This document shows, piece after piece, positions 1 to 9,729 of a stretch of DNA of 64,000 nt. Each line of letters begins with the position of its first letter. Positions within the stretch are counted from its first letter, which is position 1. The DNA comes from Candidatus Poribacteria bacterium (GTDB lineage Bacteria; Poribacteria; WGA-4E; PCPOR2b). The position numbers and the translations under genes are program-made. The DNA lies in the NCBI GenBank assembly GCA_965208675.1, contig OZ242351.1, positions 2,176,001 through 2,240,000 of the forward strand. The letters run 5' to 3'. Under the pieces are notes generated by a model. It made no database searches, was not told the DNA's origin, and saw only the letters and a list, made by a program, of their open reading frames with translations.

Positions 1-145
1 AAGCTAAAGATATTCGCGCCAATGGTCAAATTTTAGACTCAATCGTTACCTCAACTGTAAGTAGAGCGGCTTATCTATCGGAATTAGTCTCGAAAATGGT
101 TGTTTGAATACACTATCGAAGCAGTTAAAGGCATGTTTTTCGCTA

Positions 146-529
146 ATGAACAATGGCTTAAGTTTTAAAATATTCCTACTACTAGTTTTTAATGTATTGT
201 TAACAGTTGGCGGACAACTGCTACTCAAACGAGGAATGATGGCTGTGGGGCCAATTCAGTCGTTGAGAGATGCAATTCCCAAGCTTTTGCAAGCTTTTTT
301 GAATCCATTCGTCATTGGCGGAGTTTCGGTGTACGGATTTACAATGATGGTTTGGCTCATCATATTATCTCGCGTTAGATTGAGTGTTGCCTACCCAATG
401 ATTAGCCTCGGTTATGTACTATCAATTCTTCTGTCGTGGGTATTTCTTAAGGAATCTGTGCCCAAAATTCGAATCATCGGGGCGGTTGTAATCTGTATCG
501 GTGTTTATCTGGTTGCCCGCAGTGACTGA
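146..529 (+). CDS. Small EamA/SMR (DMT superfamily) membrane transporter, ArnE/ArnF-like
   Basis: Four hydrophobic helices; GQLLLKRG and LSVAYPMISLGYV motifs typical of ArnE/F-like DMT proteins. ATG at 146 preferred over TTG at 104. Confidence 0.8.
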   Translation: MNNGLSFKIFLLLVFNVLLTVGGQLLLKRGMMAVGPIQSLRDAIPKLLQAFLNPFVIGGVSVYGFTMMVWLIILSRVRLSVAYPMISLGYVLSILLSWVFLKESVPKIRIIGAVVICIGVYLVARSD

Positions 530-545
530 TACAGCGGAGGTCTAA

Positions 546-1289
546 GTGGCAGAGATGAGCACCGTGAAGCGATCGTACCTAGCTATGCTTTTATCAATAA
601 TTCCAGGAATGGGCCAACTCTATTTGCGCAAACCGCTGAAGGGTTTGATTCTGTTTTTGGGAGTTCTCTCCGCGGGCGCGGTGATTTACATCAGTTCGCT
701 CCCGGTAAATGATTGGCGTGATTTGGTGCGCTTTGATGGACTTGAAACTTGGTGGGCATCCCGGCAGGCTGACATAGAGACGCGGGAAGATGCTGGAAAG
801 TCCGAACCTACTGCCGCGAAAGCAGAAGTATATCAAGAGCGCGATTATCATTTGTACACATTTGACGATAATTTTCTTTTTCGCATAGCACCGAAGTTCC
901 AAAAGGATTTAGACACTAGCATCATCTCGGAAAGATTACGGCGGACATTTAAGGACAATAACATCCTACTCTCAAAGGACGCTATTGCTTCAGTAAACAA
1001 GACCAACAACCGATGGATAATTTCGCAGGGCGATCGAACTTACGCCGTCAGGAAGGTAGATGGACAGTTAAACGTTTACGCCGCCAAGAAGTTAATGTAT
1101 CGTCCCTCCTGGAAATTTAAAATCAGCGGCTTTATTCAAGGCATTGTCTTTTGGATCTACGCCATCTATGATGGATGGAAGGGCCGGAGAGGATTTAATC
1201 GGCGGGCGCTTAAGAAAAAAATGAAGAAAACTGAACAAGATACAGTAGACGAGAGCGAACAAATAAATGATGGCGCGATAAAAAGTTGA
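546..1289 (+). CDS. Hypothetical membrane protein (N-terminal SIIPGMGQLY TM motif, C-terminal WIYAIYDG helix) carrying an inserted ~70-aa module
   Basis: ORF with GGAGG RBS before GTG; PGxGQxY and WxYxxxD membrane motifs. Confidence 0.75.
   Translation: MAEMSTVKRSYLAMLLSIIPGMGQLYLRKPLKGLILFLGVLSAGAVIYISSLPVNDWRDLVRFDGLETWWASRQADIETREDAGKSEPTAAKAEVYQERDYHLYTFDDNFLFRIAPKFQKDLDTSIISERLRRTFKDNNILLSKDAIASVNKTNNRWIISQGDRTYAVRKVDGQLNVYAAKKLMYRPSWKFKISGFIQGIVFWIYAIYDGWKGRRGFNRRALKKKMKKTEQDTVDESEQINDGAIKS
873..1079 (+). repeat. In-frame ~70-aa inserted module, copy A (FLFRIAPKFQKDLD...WII...TYAVRKVDGQLNVY)
   Basis: Aligns by eye with two segments of the HEAT protein (12895-13125 and 13822-14040). 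Confidence 0.8.
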
Positions 1290-1388
1290 ATTAGCAAACG
1301 ATGGTTTTAATCGAACCGTGAGACATTAGAATATAGATGTGATGAACGAAATTTGAATACATGCGGATTAGGTCAAGAAAGGAAAATC

Positions 1389-1760
1389 ATGCCGTTTTTT
1401 GCTTCTGAGAAACTACCCAAAATGCAATTATTCCCCGGCGCGCTCAGCGGCATTGTCGCCGGCGAAAATTTGCTTCTCTCGTTCCTTGAAATGGAAGAGG
1501 GGAGTGAGGTTCCGGCGCACAGCCATCCACACGAACAAGCCGGTATTTTATTATCGGGGAAGATGCGATTCAGGATTGGTTCAGAGGAATGCCTCATGGA
1601 AGCAGGGGATGCATTCATTGTGCCCCCGGACGTGGTGCATTCGGGGAATGTAGTAGAGGGACCGGCGCGTGTTTTGGATATCTTCGCCCCACCTCGAGAA
1701 GATTACATCGACAGATACAACAAGTATTCGAGCACTTCAGGTCAGACTCTTTGGAAATAG
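1389..1760 (+). CDS. Cupin_2 domain protein
   Basis: HSHPHEQ and PPDVVH cupin metal motifs; DIFAPPREDY tail; ATG at 1389 follows an AGGA RBS. Confidence 0.9.
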   Translation: MPFFASEKLPKMQLFPGALSGIVAGENLLLSFLEMEEGSEVPAHSHPHEQAGILLSGKMRFRIGSEECLMEAGDAFIVPPDVVHSGNVVEGPARVLDIFAPPREDYIDRYNKYSSTSGQTLWK

Positions 1761-1857
1761 AGGGTATCTGGCATTACTAAAGATGGCCATGAGTCCCATC
1801 GTGCGAGTATGGCGTAATTTTTCCCAATCTTTGAGTCCGAGCTAGCAGAAGGCATTT

Positions 1858-4800
1858 ATGCAATCCCAACAGTCTAACGAGCACAATCCATACCGTAAAA
1901 ACATAACCGATTCGCAATGCCCCTCTGTTAATCTCTACCCGGGCCAACAACTTCGCGGCTTTGAGGTTAAAGCCGTCACGCCAATCGACGAACTGCGAGC
2001 TACGGCTATTGAACTCGCTCATGAAAAGAGCGGCGCGCGGCTGCTGCATCTCTATTCGGAGGACACCAGAAACTGGTTTTCAATCAGTCCGATGACTCCG
2101 GCACCCGACGATACGGGTGTACAACACATTGTTGAACACTCCGTAATGTCGGGATCTCGAAACTATCCGGTCAGGGATGTGTTTTCTGAAATGATGAAGA
2201 TGAGCCTGGCAAGCTTTGACAGCGCGAACGCTATGAACGCGGTCGACCACGCCTATTACTATGCTTCAAGCAGCGTCAAAAAAGACCTATTCAATCTTGC
2301 CGAGGTCTTCTTTGATTCCGTTTTTCATGCGCTGCTGACTGAGGAAACATTCAAACGTGAAGGGCACCATCTTGAACCTGTGGATCCAAATCGACCTATG
2401 GGCGACTTAAGAATTAACGGGATTGTCTATAACGAAGTGAAAATCGGGATGTCCGACCCAAGAGAATGCTTTCATACGGCCGTGACCCGTGGACTATTGC
2501 CTAGCACATGCTATGCCAACAATGGCGCCGGAGATTCTGCGGTCATGCCGGATCTTAGCTACGAACAATTTAAAGGCTTTTACCAAACCTACTTTCATCC
2601 TCGCAACTGTTACTTCTTCTTCTACGGGAATATTCCAACAGACAATTATCTCGAGATTCTCGCTGATAAACTTGAAGCCATCCCGAAAACTGAAAAAGAT
2701 GGGCGTCTCCACCCGCTTCGACCGGAAATCACGCTCCAGCCGAAATGGCAATCTGCAAGGACGGTAAGAGACCGCTATCCGATTGGAGCAGATGAGCCGC
2801 TGACCGAAAAGACGCATCTGATGCTCAGTTGGTTAATAGGTGATGCAACGGATCCTGAGGACACCGTTTTGTGCCGAATCTTGAGTCTTCTCCTCTTCGG
2901 TAATGAGGGGGCGCCGCTCCGAAAAGCGATTGTTGATTCTAGACTAGGTACCGACGTATTCGACTACAGTTTTCTTGACGGACTCACCGGTCCCAACAGG
3001 ACCTTTCACGCCGGTCTGTTAGGAAGCGAAGTGGATCGAATTGACACGTTCACGGAATTGGTTCTCAATACATTAGTAGAAATTGCAGAATCAGATATTG
3101 ACACGGAAACGGTTGAGGCTGCGTTCCAACAACTCACATATGAATATCAAGAAGTTACGCCGAAGTTTCCGTTTCAGATGATGAAGCGAGTCATAAACGC
3201 TTGGATATATGAAAAGGAACCAACCCTCTTTCTTAAGATGGGCGCGTGCCTTTCTACTATCCGCAAACGTTGGGAGCAAAATCCCCGCATCTTCAACAAT
3301 CTGATTCGTGAGCGACTGCTGGACAACCCGCATCGATTGACGACTGTCCTTTCTCCTGATCCGCGTATGCAAGCTCGGCTTAACGCTGATGAGAATAGGC
3401 GTCTGAAAAAAATTCGCACGCAATTAAGTGATGAGCAGATGAGACAGATTGCCGCGGAAGCAGGCGAGCTAGAACGCCTAAGCGATCAACCGAACTCGCC
3501 GGAAGATCTGGCGAAGCTGCCGCAACTGCATGTCGCCGAGCTTCCGGAAAAGCCGTTGCAAATTCCCACAACTGTTGAAACAGTAAGCGGACGACCCTTG
3601 CTCCGCAGCGAAGTGTTTTCAAACGCAGTGAACTACGTGGAACTAAGTTTTGATTTACAGGGATTACCGCAGCATTTATGGAGTTACCTGCCCAGGTACA
3701 CGAATGCCATCGGTAAATTTGGCGCCGCCAAAATGGGTTACCAACAGATAGCGCAACGCATTTCGGCAGCAACCGGGGGTGTTGAATGCACTCCGACTTT
3801 TAGCACACACTCGCTTGATCCAAACCGACCTGTGTGGAACGTGCAGTTTCGATTGAAAGCGCTTGACGACAAAATTGAAGGGGCTTTGGGCGTTCTGCAA
3901 GATTTAGTTTTCGCAGCGAACCCTCACGATAAAGAGCGTTTATACGTCGTGCTCAATCAGGCAATGACAGGATTTCGGACCTACATGCAGGGTTATCGCG
4001 GCCCAAATATAGCCAACCATCATGCTGCACGCGGGTTTTCGCCGCAGGCATACCTATCGGAAATAGTCTTTGGACTTCCTCAGCTGCGTAGGATTGAAAA
4101 CCTGCTCAATCGATTTGACGAATGCCATGAAGAATTCAGTGATTACCTTGCACAGATTCGAGATTTCCTGTTGGTACGAGGTCGCGTCACGGCGAGTTTT
4201 ACGGGCACTGATAAAGCGTATGGAGTGTTTCAAAGAAAATTCAAAGAGTGGATTGGCAGTATGCGTGACGAGTCGTTAACGCCGGCATCAACAGGATTCA
4301 AACCTTTTGAGAAATGTCCGCGCGAAGGAATGGCGGCTCCCGTCGATGTAGCGTACTGCACGCAAGTTATGCCGGCGCTGCACTACTTGCACAAAGACTC
4401 AAGCCTTTTGACTGTTGGGGCGAATATCGTGGCATATGACTATGCGTTCAAGGAAATCCGTCTCAAAGGGAACGCCTATTATGGATGGTTCGCTTACAAC
4501 CCATTTGAAGGCTGCGTATACCATGACTCCTTCGCTGATCCGCACATTGCTCGTACGCTAGACGTTTTCTCACGGACTGCTGACTATGTCAGAAATTCGG
4601 AGTGGACGCAGACCGATATCAATCATTCGATTATTTCGAGAGCGGGGGATTTCCAAAAGACACTCCGACCCAGCCACGCCGCAGCCGATGCGCTCGCGAA
4701 TCATCTCACAGGTCAGACGCAGGAAGTTATTGAAGAAAAATATGACCAACTGCGAAGTGCAACTCCTGGGGAGGCCAAGCGGGCAATGCTCCAAGTTCTT

Positions 4801-4911
4801 GAGGAAAATCGGGATAAAGCCTCGGTTTGCGTCGTGGCGAGCCGCGAGAAACTAGAAGCCGAAAACAAGAAAATGGCAAATCCTTTGCGCATTGAGGACA
4901 TTTTCGAATAG
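1858..4911 (+). CDS. Peptidase M16C (presequence protease PreP/insulinase family), divergent paralog 1
   Basis: HIVEH inverted zincin motif, GIVYNE, EIRLKGNAY; colinear with 55455-58448. Confidence 0.9.
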   Translation: MQSQQSNEHNPYRKNITDSQCPSVNLYPGQQLRGFEVKAVTPIDELRATAIELAHEKSGARLLHLYSEDTRNWFSISPMTPAPDDTGVQHIVEHSVMSGSRNYPVRDVFSEMMKMSLASFDSANAMNAVDHAYYYASSSVKKDLFNLAEVFFDSVFHALLTEETFKREGHHLEPVDPNRPMGDLRINGIVYNEVKIGMSDPRECFHTAVTRGLLPSTCYANNGAGDSAVMPDLSYEQFKGFYQTYFHPRNCYFFFYGNIPTDNYLEILADKLEAIPKTEKDGRLHPLRPEITLQPKWQSARTVRDRYPIGADEPLTEKTHLMLSWLIGDATDPEDTVLCRILSLLLFGNEGAPLRKAIVDSRLGTDVFDYSFLDGLTGPNRTFHAGLLGSEVDRIDTFTELVLNTLVEIAESDIDTETVEAAFQQLTYEYQEVTPKFPFQMMKRVINAWIYEKEPTLFLKMGACLSTIRKRWEQNPRIFNNLIRERLLDNPHRLTTVLSPDPRMQARLNADENRRLKKIRTQLSDEQMRQIAAEAGELERLSDQPNSPEDLAKLPQLHVAELPEKPLQIPTTVETVSGRPLLRSEVFSNAVNYVELSFDLQGLPQHLWSYLPRYTNAIGKFGAAKMGYQQIAQRISAATGGVECTPTFSTHSLDPNRPVWNVQFRLKALDDKIEGALGVLQDLVFAANPHDKERLYVVLNQAMTGFRTYMQGYRGPNIANHHAARGFSPQAYLSEIVFGLPQLRRIENLLNRFDECHEEFSDYLAQIRDFLLVRGRVTASFTGTDKAYGVFQRKFKEWIGSMRDESLTPASTGFKPFEKCPREGMAAPVDVAYCTQVMPALHYLHKDSSLLTVGANIVAYDYAFKEIRLKGNAYYGWFAYNPFEGCVYHDSFADPHIARTLDVFSRTADYVRNSEWTQTDINHSIISRAGDFQKTLRPSHAAADALANHLTGQTQEVIEEKYDQLRSATPGEAKRAMLQVLEENRDKASVCVVASREKLEAENKKMANPLRIEDIFE

Positions 4912-5035
4912 GGTAGGGTTTCCAGCCATGAGGCAGATCTCTATCGCACTCCTTATTCAGTCGCTTGATCCCCGCCTAGGGGGGATGGGCGCGAATATTG
5001 GGTTGGAGCGCGATGGGGGTCATTAGAAGAAGATT

Positions 5036-5060
5036 ACGGCACACGGAGTGTGCCTACTAC
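5036..5060 (-). repeat. REP-like palindrome (GTAGTAGGCACACTCCGTGTGCCGT on the minus strand)
   Basis: GTAG tetranucleotide followed by a GGCACAC/GTGTGCC hairpin in intergenic DNA. Confidence 0.6.
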
Positions 5061-5182
5061 TTTGCTCATACTCCCGTACGCAGTTTTCCAGATGCGAGAG
5101 GACGCTGTTTGACGGATCGGTTCGTAAGTCTGATGACGCTTGCAAAAACATGAGGCGATCAGTAAAGACTCAGGAAAATGGC

Positions 5183-5734
5183 ATGAAAGCGTTATGGATT
5201 CGCTCCAGTCTCGTTTTGCTAACGGTTACGTTTGCTTGTTCAGATAGAAACTCTCCGGACGACGTTGCCGAAGATTTCATCTATAACTACTATCTGCGTG
5301 CGAACCAGGAAGCTGCGCTGCAATTGAGCGAAGCGTTGGCTGAAGAGAAATTAAAATCGGAAATCGAATTATTGCGTAACGTCCGCCAGCCGGGTGAAGC
5401 GCCGGACAGTCCGCCGAAAATAAAGTATAAGATGATAGGGAAAAAAATCTTCGATGAAAGCGTTGTCCGATTAAAGAATGGTAAAGAAATCATCGGGATA
5501 GTTGAAGGAAATGATAAAAACGCACCTACAACCTTTACCATTAGAACCCGTGACGGCGAGAGCATGACAATGTCTACCGGTGAGGTACACCGTGTCGTCG
5601 AACAACAGCGTGTTTTTTTCAGCTATCGACTGACAGTCAAGGACGCTGAAAACTTGATTCCGTCCCGCAACGCTGTGCTTTACACGGAATTAATAGAAGG
5701 CGAGTGGAAGGTCGTAAATTTTGACGAATACTAA
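5183..5734 (+). CDS. Putative lipoprotein with a probable inserted Sm-like module
   Basis: MKALWIRSSLVLLTVTFAC signal/lipobox; SPDDVAEDF...EGEWKVVNF NTF2-like lipoprotein pattern. Confidence 0.7.
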   Translation: MKALWIRSSLVLLTVTFACSDRNSPDDVAEDFIYNYYLRANQEAALQLSEALAEEKLKSEIELLRNVRQPGEAPDSPPKIKYKMIGKKIFDESVVRLKNGKEIIGIVEGNDKNAPTTFTIRTRDGESMTMSTGEVHRVVEQQRVFFSYRLTVKDAENLIPSRNAVLYTELIEGEWKVVNFDEY

Positions 5735-5740
5735 GGGTTT

Positions 5741-7195
5741 TTAGCCCTTTATTACACCGACTGGACGCATGCGTGCAACCCGCCGCGAGAGACCTGCCGC
5801 ATCAACAACCTTGACGACTTCATCGACATCTTTGTAGGCTTCGGGGACTTCCTCGTGGAGTGTTCGCCGACCTTCAGCCCGCACAAAGATTCCCTGTTTT
5901 TCAAGATACTGAGCAATGGCACGCCCCTTTGTTAACTCCACCGCCTTACGACGGGAAAGCATACGTCCTGCGCCGTGGCAGGTGGTTCCCCAAGTCTGTT
6001 CCATCGCTGATGGGCTTCCGACGAGGACGTAAGATGCGGTTCCCATGTCGCCGGGGATTAGCACGGGCTGCCCAATATTCTGGTACTTCTCCGGAATTTC
6101 AGGGTGTCCGGCTGGAAAGGCTCGCGTCGCCCCTTTGCGATGGACGAACAATTCACGTTCCTCACCGTCGACAAGATGTTTCTCAAATTTCCCGATGTTG
6201 TGAGCAACGTCGTAAACTAACTCGAGCCCCAGTTCATCTTCGCTGGTATCAAAAAAATCCATGAATACCTGGCGCACCCAGTGCATAATGCACTGGCGAT
6301 TATTCCAGGCATAGTTTGCGCCGCAAGCCATTGCGGCGATATAGTCTTCTCCCTCTTTCGAGTTTATTGGCGCGGACGCGAGTTGGCGGTCGGGGAGATT
6401 GATTCCATACTTTTTGGCAACGTCTATCCATGTCTTGACGTGCTCGTCGCACACTTGATAGCCGAAACCGCGTGAGCCCGTGTGAATCATCACGCAAATT
6501 TGACCTTCGGATAACCCCATGACCTCTGCTGCCTCACGATATAGCACTCGATCGACTACTTGAACTTCTAGGAAGTGATTTCCGGAACCGAGCGTGCCGA
6601 GCTGGTTTTTCCCGCGCTCCAGTGCACGTTTACTAGGGGCGCTAGCGTCGGCGAAATCCAGAAACCCGTTAGCCTCTGTAAATTGGAGATCTTCTAAATT
6701 GCCGTATTCGCGCTCAATTGCCCAGCGCGATCCTTTCGAAAGCATCTCCTTTTCTTCCTGAACGGAGAGCCGTATCTTTCCACTGGAACCAACGCCGCAT
6801 GGGATAGTGTCAAACAGCTTGCCCACGAGACTTTTGATTTTGCCATCTACGTGTTTAATGTTGAGGTTTGTCCGTATCAGCCGCACGCCGCAGTTTAGGT
6901 CGTATCCGATTCCGCCCGGAGAGACAACACCGTCCGCTTGTGGATCTGTCGCCGCAACGCCGCCTATTACGAATCCATAACCCCAGTGCAAGTCTGGCAT
7001 AGCGAGCGAATGTTTTACGATTCCCGGCAAATGCGCCACATTTGCGACTTGTTGCAAGGCTTCGCTGCTCTTCGCTTGCCGGAGCAGTTTCTCGTTCGCA
7101 TAGACAATTCCATCAACACGCATCCCTTTCATATAGCTTTTTGGAATACGCCATCGATATTGGTCAATTTTTGATAGAGGTACGTTCTTGGACAT
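5741..7195 (-). CDS. rtcB: RNA-splicing/repair ligase RtcB (long, archaeal-like type)
   Basis: MPDLHWGYG, DLNCG, GSGNHFLE, HTGSRG, HNIGK, HRKGATRA, HGAGR and EEVPEAYK motifs. Confidence 0.97.
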   Translation of the reverse strand: MSKNVPLSKIDQYRWRIPKSYMKGMRVDGIVYANEKLLRQAKSSEALQQVANVAHLPGIVKHSLAMPDLHWGYGFVIGGVAATDPQADGVVSPGGIGYDLNCGVRLIRTNLNIKHVDGKIKSLVGKLFDTIPCGVGSSGKIRLSVQEEKEMLSKGSRWAIEREYGNLEDLQFTEANGFLDFADASAPSKRALERGKNQLGTLGSGNHFLEVQVVDRVLYREAAEVMGLSEGQICVMIHTGSRGFGYQVCDEHVKTWIDVAKKYGINLPDRQLASAPINSKEGEDYIAAMACGANYAWNNRQCIMHWVRQVFMDFFDTSEDELGLELVYDVAHNIGKFEKHLVDGEERELFVHRKGATRAFPAGHPEIPEKYQNIGQPVLIPGDMGTASYVLVGSPSAMEQTWGTTCHGAGRMLSRRKAVELTKGRAIAQYLEKQGIFVRAEGRRTLHEEVPEAYKDVDEVVKVVDAAGLSRRVARMRPVGVIKG

Positions 7196-7277
7196 ATCTG
7201 ATTATCGCCTTGAATTCGGTTTTGCCTGACCGCGTTAGAAATCCATTGAAATGAAACCCAAGCACGTCATGCCGGTA

Positions 7278-8441
7278 TCATTCGGGTATAAGCTCAGGTA
7301 AATTCACCCAAGCGCGGGTTTTCCAAGATTCCATCCCTTTTTCAGCCAATTGAACGCCCTTTGCGCCTTCCAAAAAATCCCACGGGAATGGCTGATTTTT
7401 AACAACATGTTTGAGGAAGAGTTCCCACTGCACCTTAAATGCATTGTCGTAACTCTGCGGCTCCATAACTTTAGACCATCCGTCCGAAAAATTAATGGGT
7501 TGTTCGATATCGGGATTCCAAACGCAATTCGGTGTTTCGCCAAGTGATTGAATCCAGCAATCGCGCAATCCGGCAATAGCAGAGGCTTTTTTTCCGTCAA
7601 CTTGAAGGGTCAGTAGATCGTCACGCCGTACCCGTACCGCCCACGATGAATTGAATTGCGCCACAATACCGCCTTCCAAATCGAAAGTGGCGTATGCGGC
7701 GTCTTCAGCGGTACATTGATACGGTACTCCCGACTCATCGCGGCGCGATTTAACATGTGTCGCGCCGAAACAGGAGACTGCTTTTACATTTCCAAAAAGG
7801 TTGTCGAGCAGATAGCGCCAGTGACATAGCATATCTAGGATGATTCCGCCGCCGTCCTCCTGGCGATAGTTCCAGGAAGGCCGCTGTGCGGGGATAGTAT
7901 CCCCGTCAAAAACCCAATACCCGAATTCTCCGCGCACCGACAGAATTCTGCCTAAACTCCCTTTTTTTATTAGCCCTTCTAATTTTTTTATGCCGGGCAA
8001 CCAGAGCTTATCCTGAACGACGCCATTTTTGAGTTTAGCCTTCGCCGCAGCTTGATATAAACGATAAGCCTCCTTTGTTGTAGCAGCCGATGGTTTTTCG
8101 CAATAAATATGTTTGCCAGCGGCAATCGCCATTTTCACTGAATTGCCCCGCATTGAAGTCGTCTGAGAGTCAAAATAAACAGGATATGCCGAATCGGACA
8201 GTGAATTCTCCAATTTAGTCGTCCACTTGTTTACGCCGGATAATCGAGACAGTTCTTCCAATTTTGCAGGATTGCGGCCAACCAGTATCGGATCAGGCAT
8301 TATGACTTCCGAATTGCCAATTTCCAATCCGCCTTGCTTAACAATTGCAAGGATTGAGCGAAGCAGGTGCTGATTGGTTCCCATCCGGCCGGTTACTCCG
8401 TTCATAATTATACCGACGCGGTGGATTTTGGATTTATGCAT
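7278..8441 (-). CDS. Gfo/Idh/MocA family oxidoreductase
   Basis: NGVTGRMG, HIYCEKP and GGGIILDMLCH motifs. Confidence 0.92.
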   Translation of the reverse strand: MHKSKIHRVGIIMNGVTGRMGTNQHLLRSILAIVKQGGLEIGNSEVIMPDPILVGRNPAKLEELSRLSGVNKWTTKLENSLSDSAYPVYFDSQTTSMRGNSVKMAIAAGKHIYCEKPSAATTKEAYRLYQAAAKAKLKNGVVQDKLWLPGIKKLEGLIKKGSLGRILSVRGEFGYWVFDGDTIPAQRPSWNYRQEDGGGIILDMLCHWRYLLDNLFGNVKAVSCFGATHVKSRRDESGVPYQCTAEDAAYATFDLEGGIVAQFNSSWAVRVRRDDLLTLQVDGKKASAIAGLRDCWIQSLGETPNCVWNPDIEQPINFSDGWSKVMEPQSYDNAFKVQWELFLKHVVKNQPFPWDFLEGAKGVQLAEKGMESWKTRAWVNLPELIPE

Positions 8442-8538
8442 CGTACGGATTCGTTATGTGTTTATTTGGGTTAATCAATACATCCCGACTTGGGTGCTTT
8501 GGTTGAAAGCAGATTATATCACCTTGCGTCTCAGTTGG

Positions 8539-9666
8539 TCACAATTCTGATAGTGCCTTTAGAAAATGGGTAACGTCGGAACTTCCATTGTAGACATGCG
8601 TCGAAATCCGCACGCGCCCAAATTCGCCCCAGCACAATATTCTCTGTTCAGCCAGTTGATTCTGAATTCCTTCAGCATCTTCAATCCGAAAACAGGTATT
8701 GCCCGACCGCGCAGCCCGGTGCTGAGGCGTGATAACCGCAATTCCCAGATTCTCCAGTCCGGCACTGACCTGTTCGGATAGAGACATGGCGTGATGCTCA
8801 ACGCGATCTATACCGATCGAAAGCAAACCTTCAAGTGACCTGTCAAGGTGCATTATCACCAACATCGCGGGATTCCCCGGTTCTAGAAGACTTGGCATGG
8901 GTTTTACTGCAGCATCCGGCAGCCGCTCGGCTTGTTGTGCCGGCCATACCGCTAAGTTACGCCATCCAAAACAGGACGCTTCAATTTGTTCCTCTGCCCG
9001 TGTGCTCAAATAACAAGGTGCGGCCCCATGCGTAGCGAGCATCCACTTATAACTGCTGCTAACGGTGAGATCTGTTAACCCCGCAGGTACGTTCAAGACT
9101 CCTGATGAGTGCGTGGCATCTACCGCAAAAAGCAGGCCCTTTGACCGTGCACCTTTCGATAGCCGCTGCAGGTTCAAACACTGTCCTGTATAAAAGCTCA
9201 CATGGCTTACAGCCAATACCCGCGTTCGTGAATCTATCGCATCCAGCAAATCTTCCTCGTGCACAATCCAGTTGCGGTGAGGCACAAAACGAACCTCTAC
9301 GCCAAGGGACTTAAGGCCTCTCCAAGCGTAGGCTACCGGCGGAAACTCTAAGTTGGTTGTCACCACGTTATCGCCCGATTTCCAGTTGAGTCCACGCGCC
9401 AGCCAGTTCATTCCCTCCGATGCTGACGGCATGAACGCAATCCGATCGGGCGGAACATTCCAGAGTGTGCCCATCCGTTCCCTGCAACGCTCGCCTCGTG
9501 CATAAATTTCTGCCCTACCATCAGAACCAGCGCTTTTCAATCGAGCAAAGTCTGCATGCACTAACTGCTGAGCCTTGAGCCATGGCGCTTCGCCACCCAC
9601 ACAAAGGTGTGTGACACCTTCCAATCCTACAAATTCATCAGGGGAAATTAGCGGTTTGATTTGCAT
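8539..9666 (-). CDS. Aminotransferase class V PLP enzyme (cysteine desulfurase/kynureninase-like)
   Basis: VDATHS, SSYKWML (PLP Lys) and RISTHVYN motifs. Confidence 0.88.
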   Translation of the reverse strand: MQIKPLISPDEFVGLEGVTHLCVGGEAPWLKAQQLVHADFARLKSAGSDGRAEIYARGERCRERMGTLWNVPPDRIAFMPSASEGMNWLARGLNWKSGDNVVTTNLEFPPVAYAWRGLKSLGVEVRFVPHRNWIVHEEDLLDAIDSRTRVLAVSHVSFYTGQCLNLQRLSKGARSKGLLFAVDATHSSGVLNVPAGLTDLTVSSSYKWMLATHGAAPCYLSTRAEEQIEASCFGWRNLAVWPAQQAERLPDAAVKPMPSLLEPGNPAMLVIMHLDRSLEGLLSIGIDRVEHHAMSLSEQVSAGLENLGIAVITPQHRAARSGNTCFRIEDAEGIQNQLAEQRILCWGEFGRVRISTHVYNGSSDVTHFLKALSEL

Positions 9667-9729
9667 AACGAGAATGAATGTGTCCTTTTCACCCGTTAAT
9701 GTATAAGAATAACAACTATTGAACCTGAA

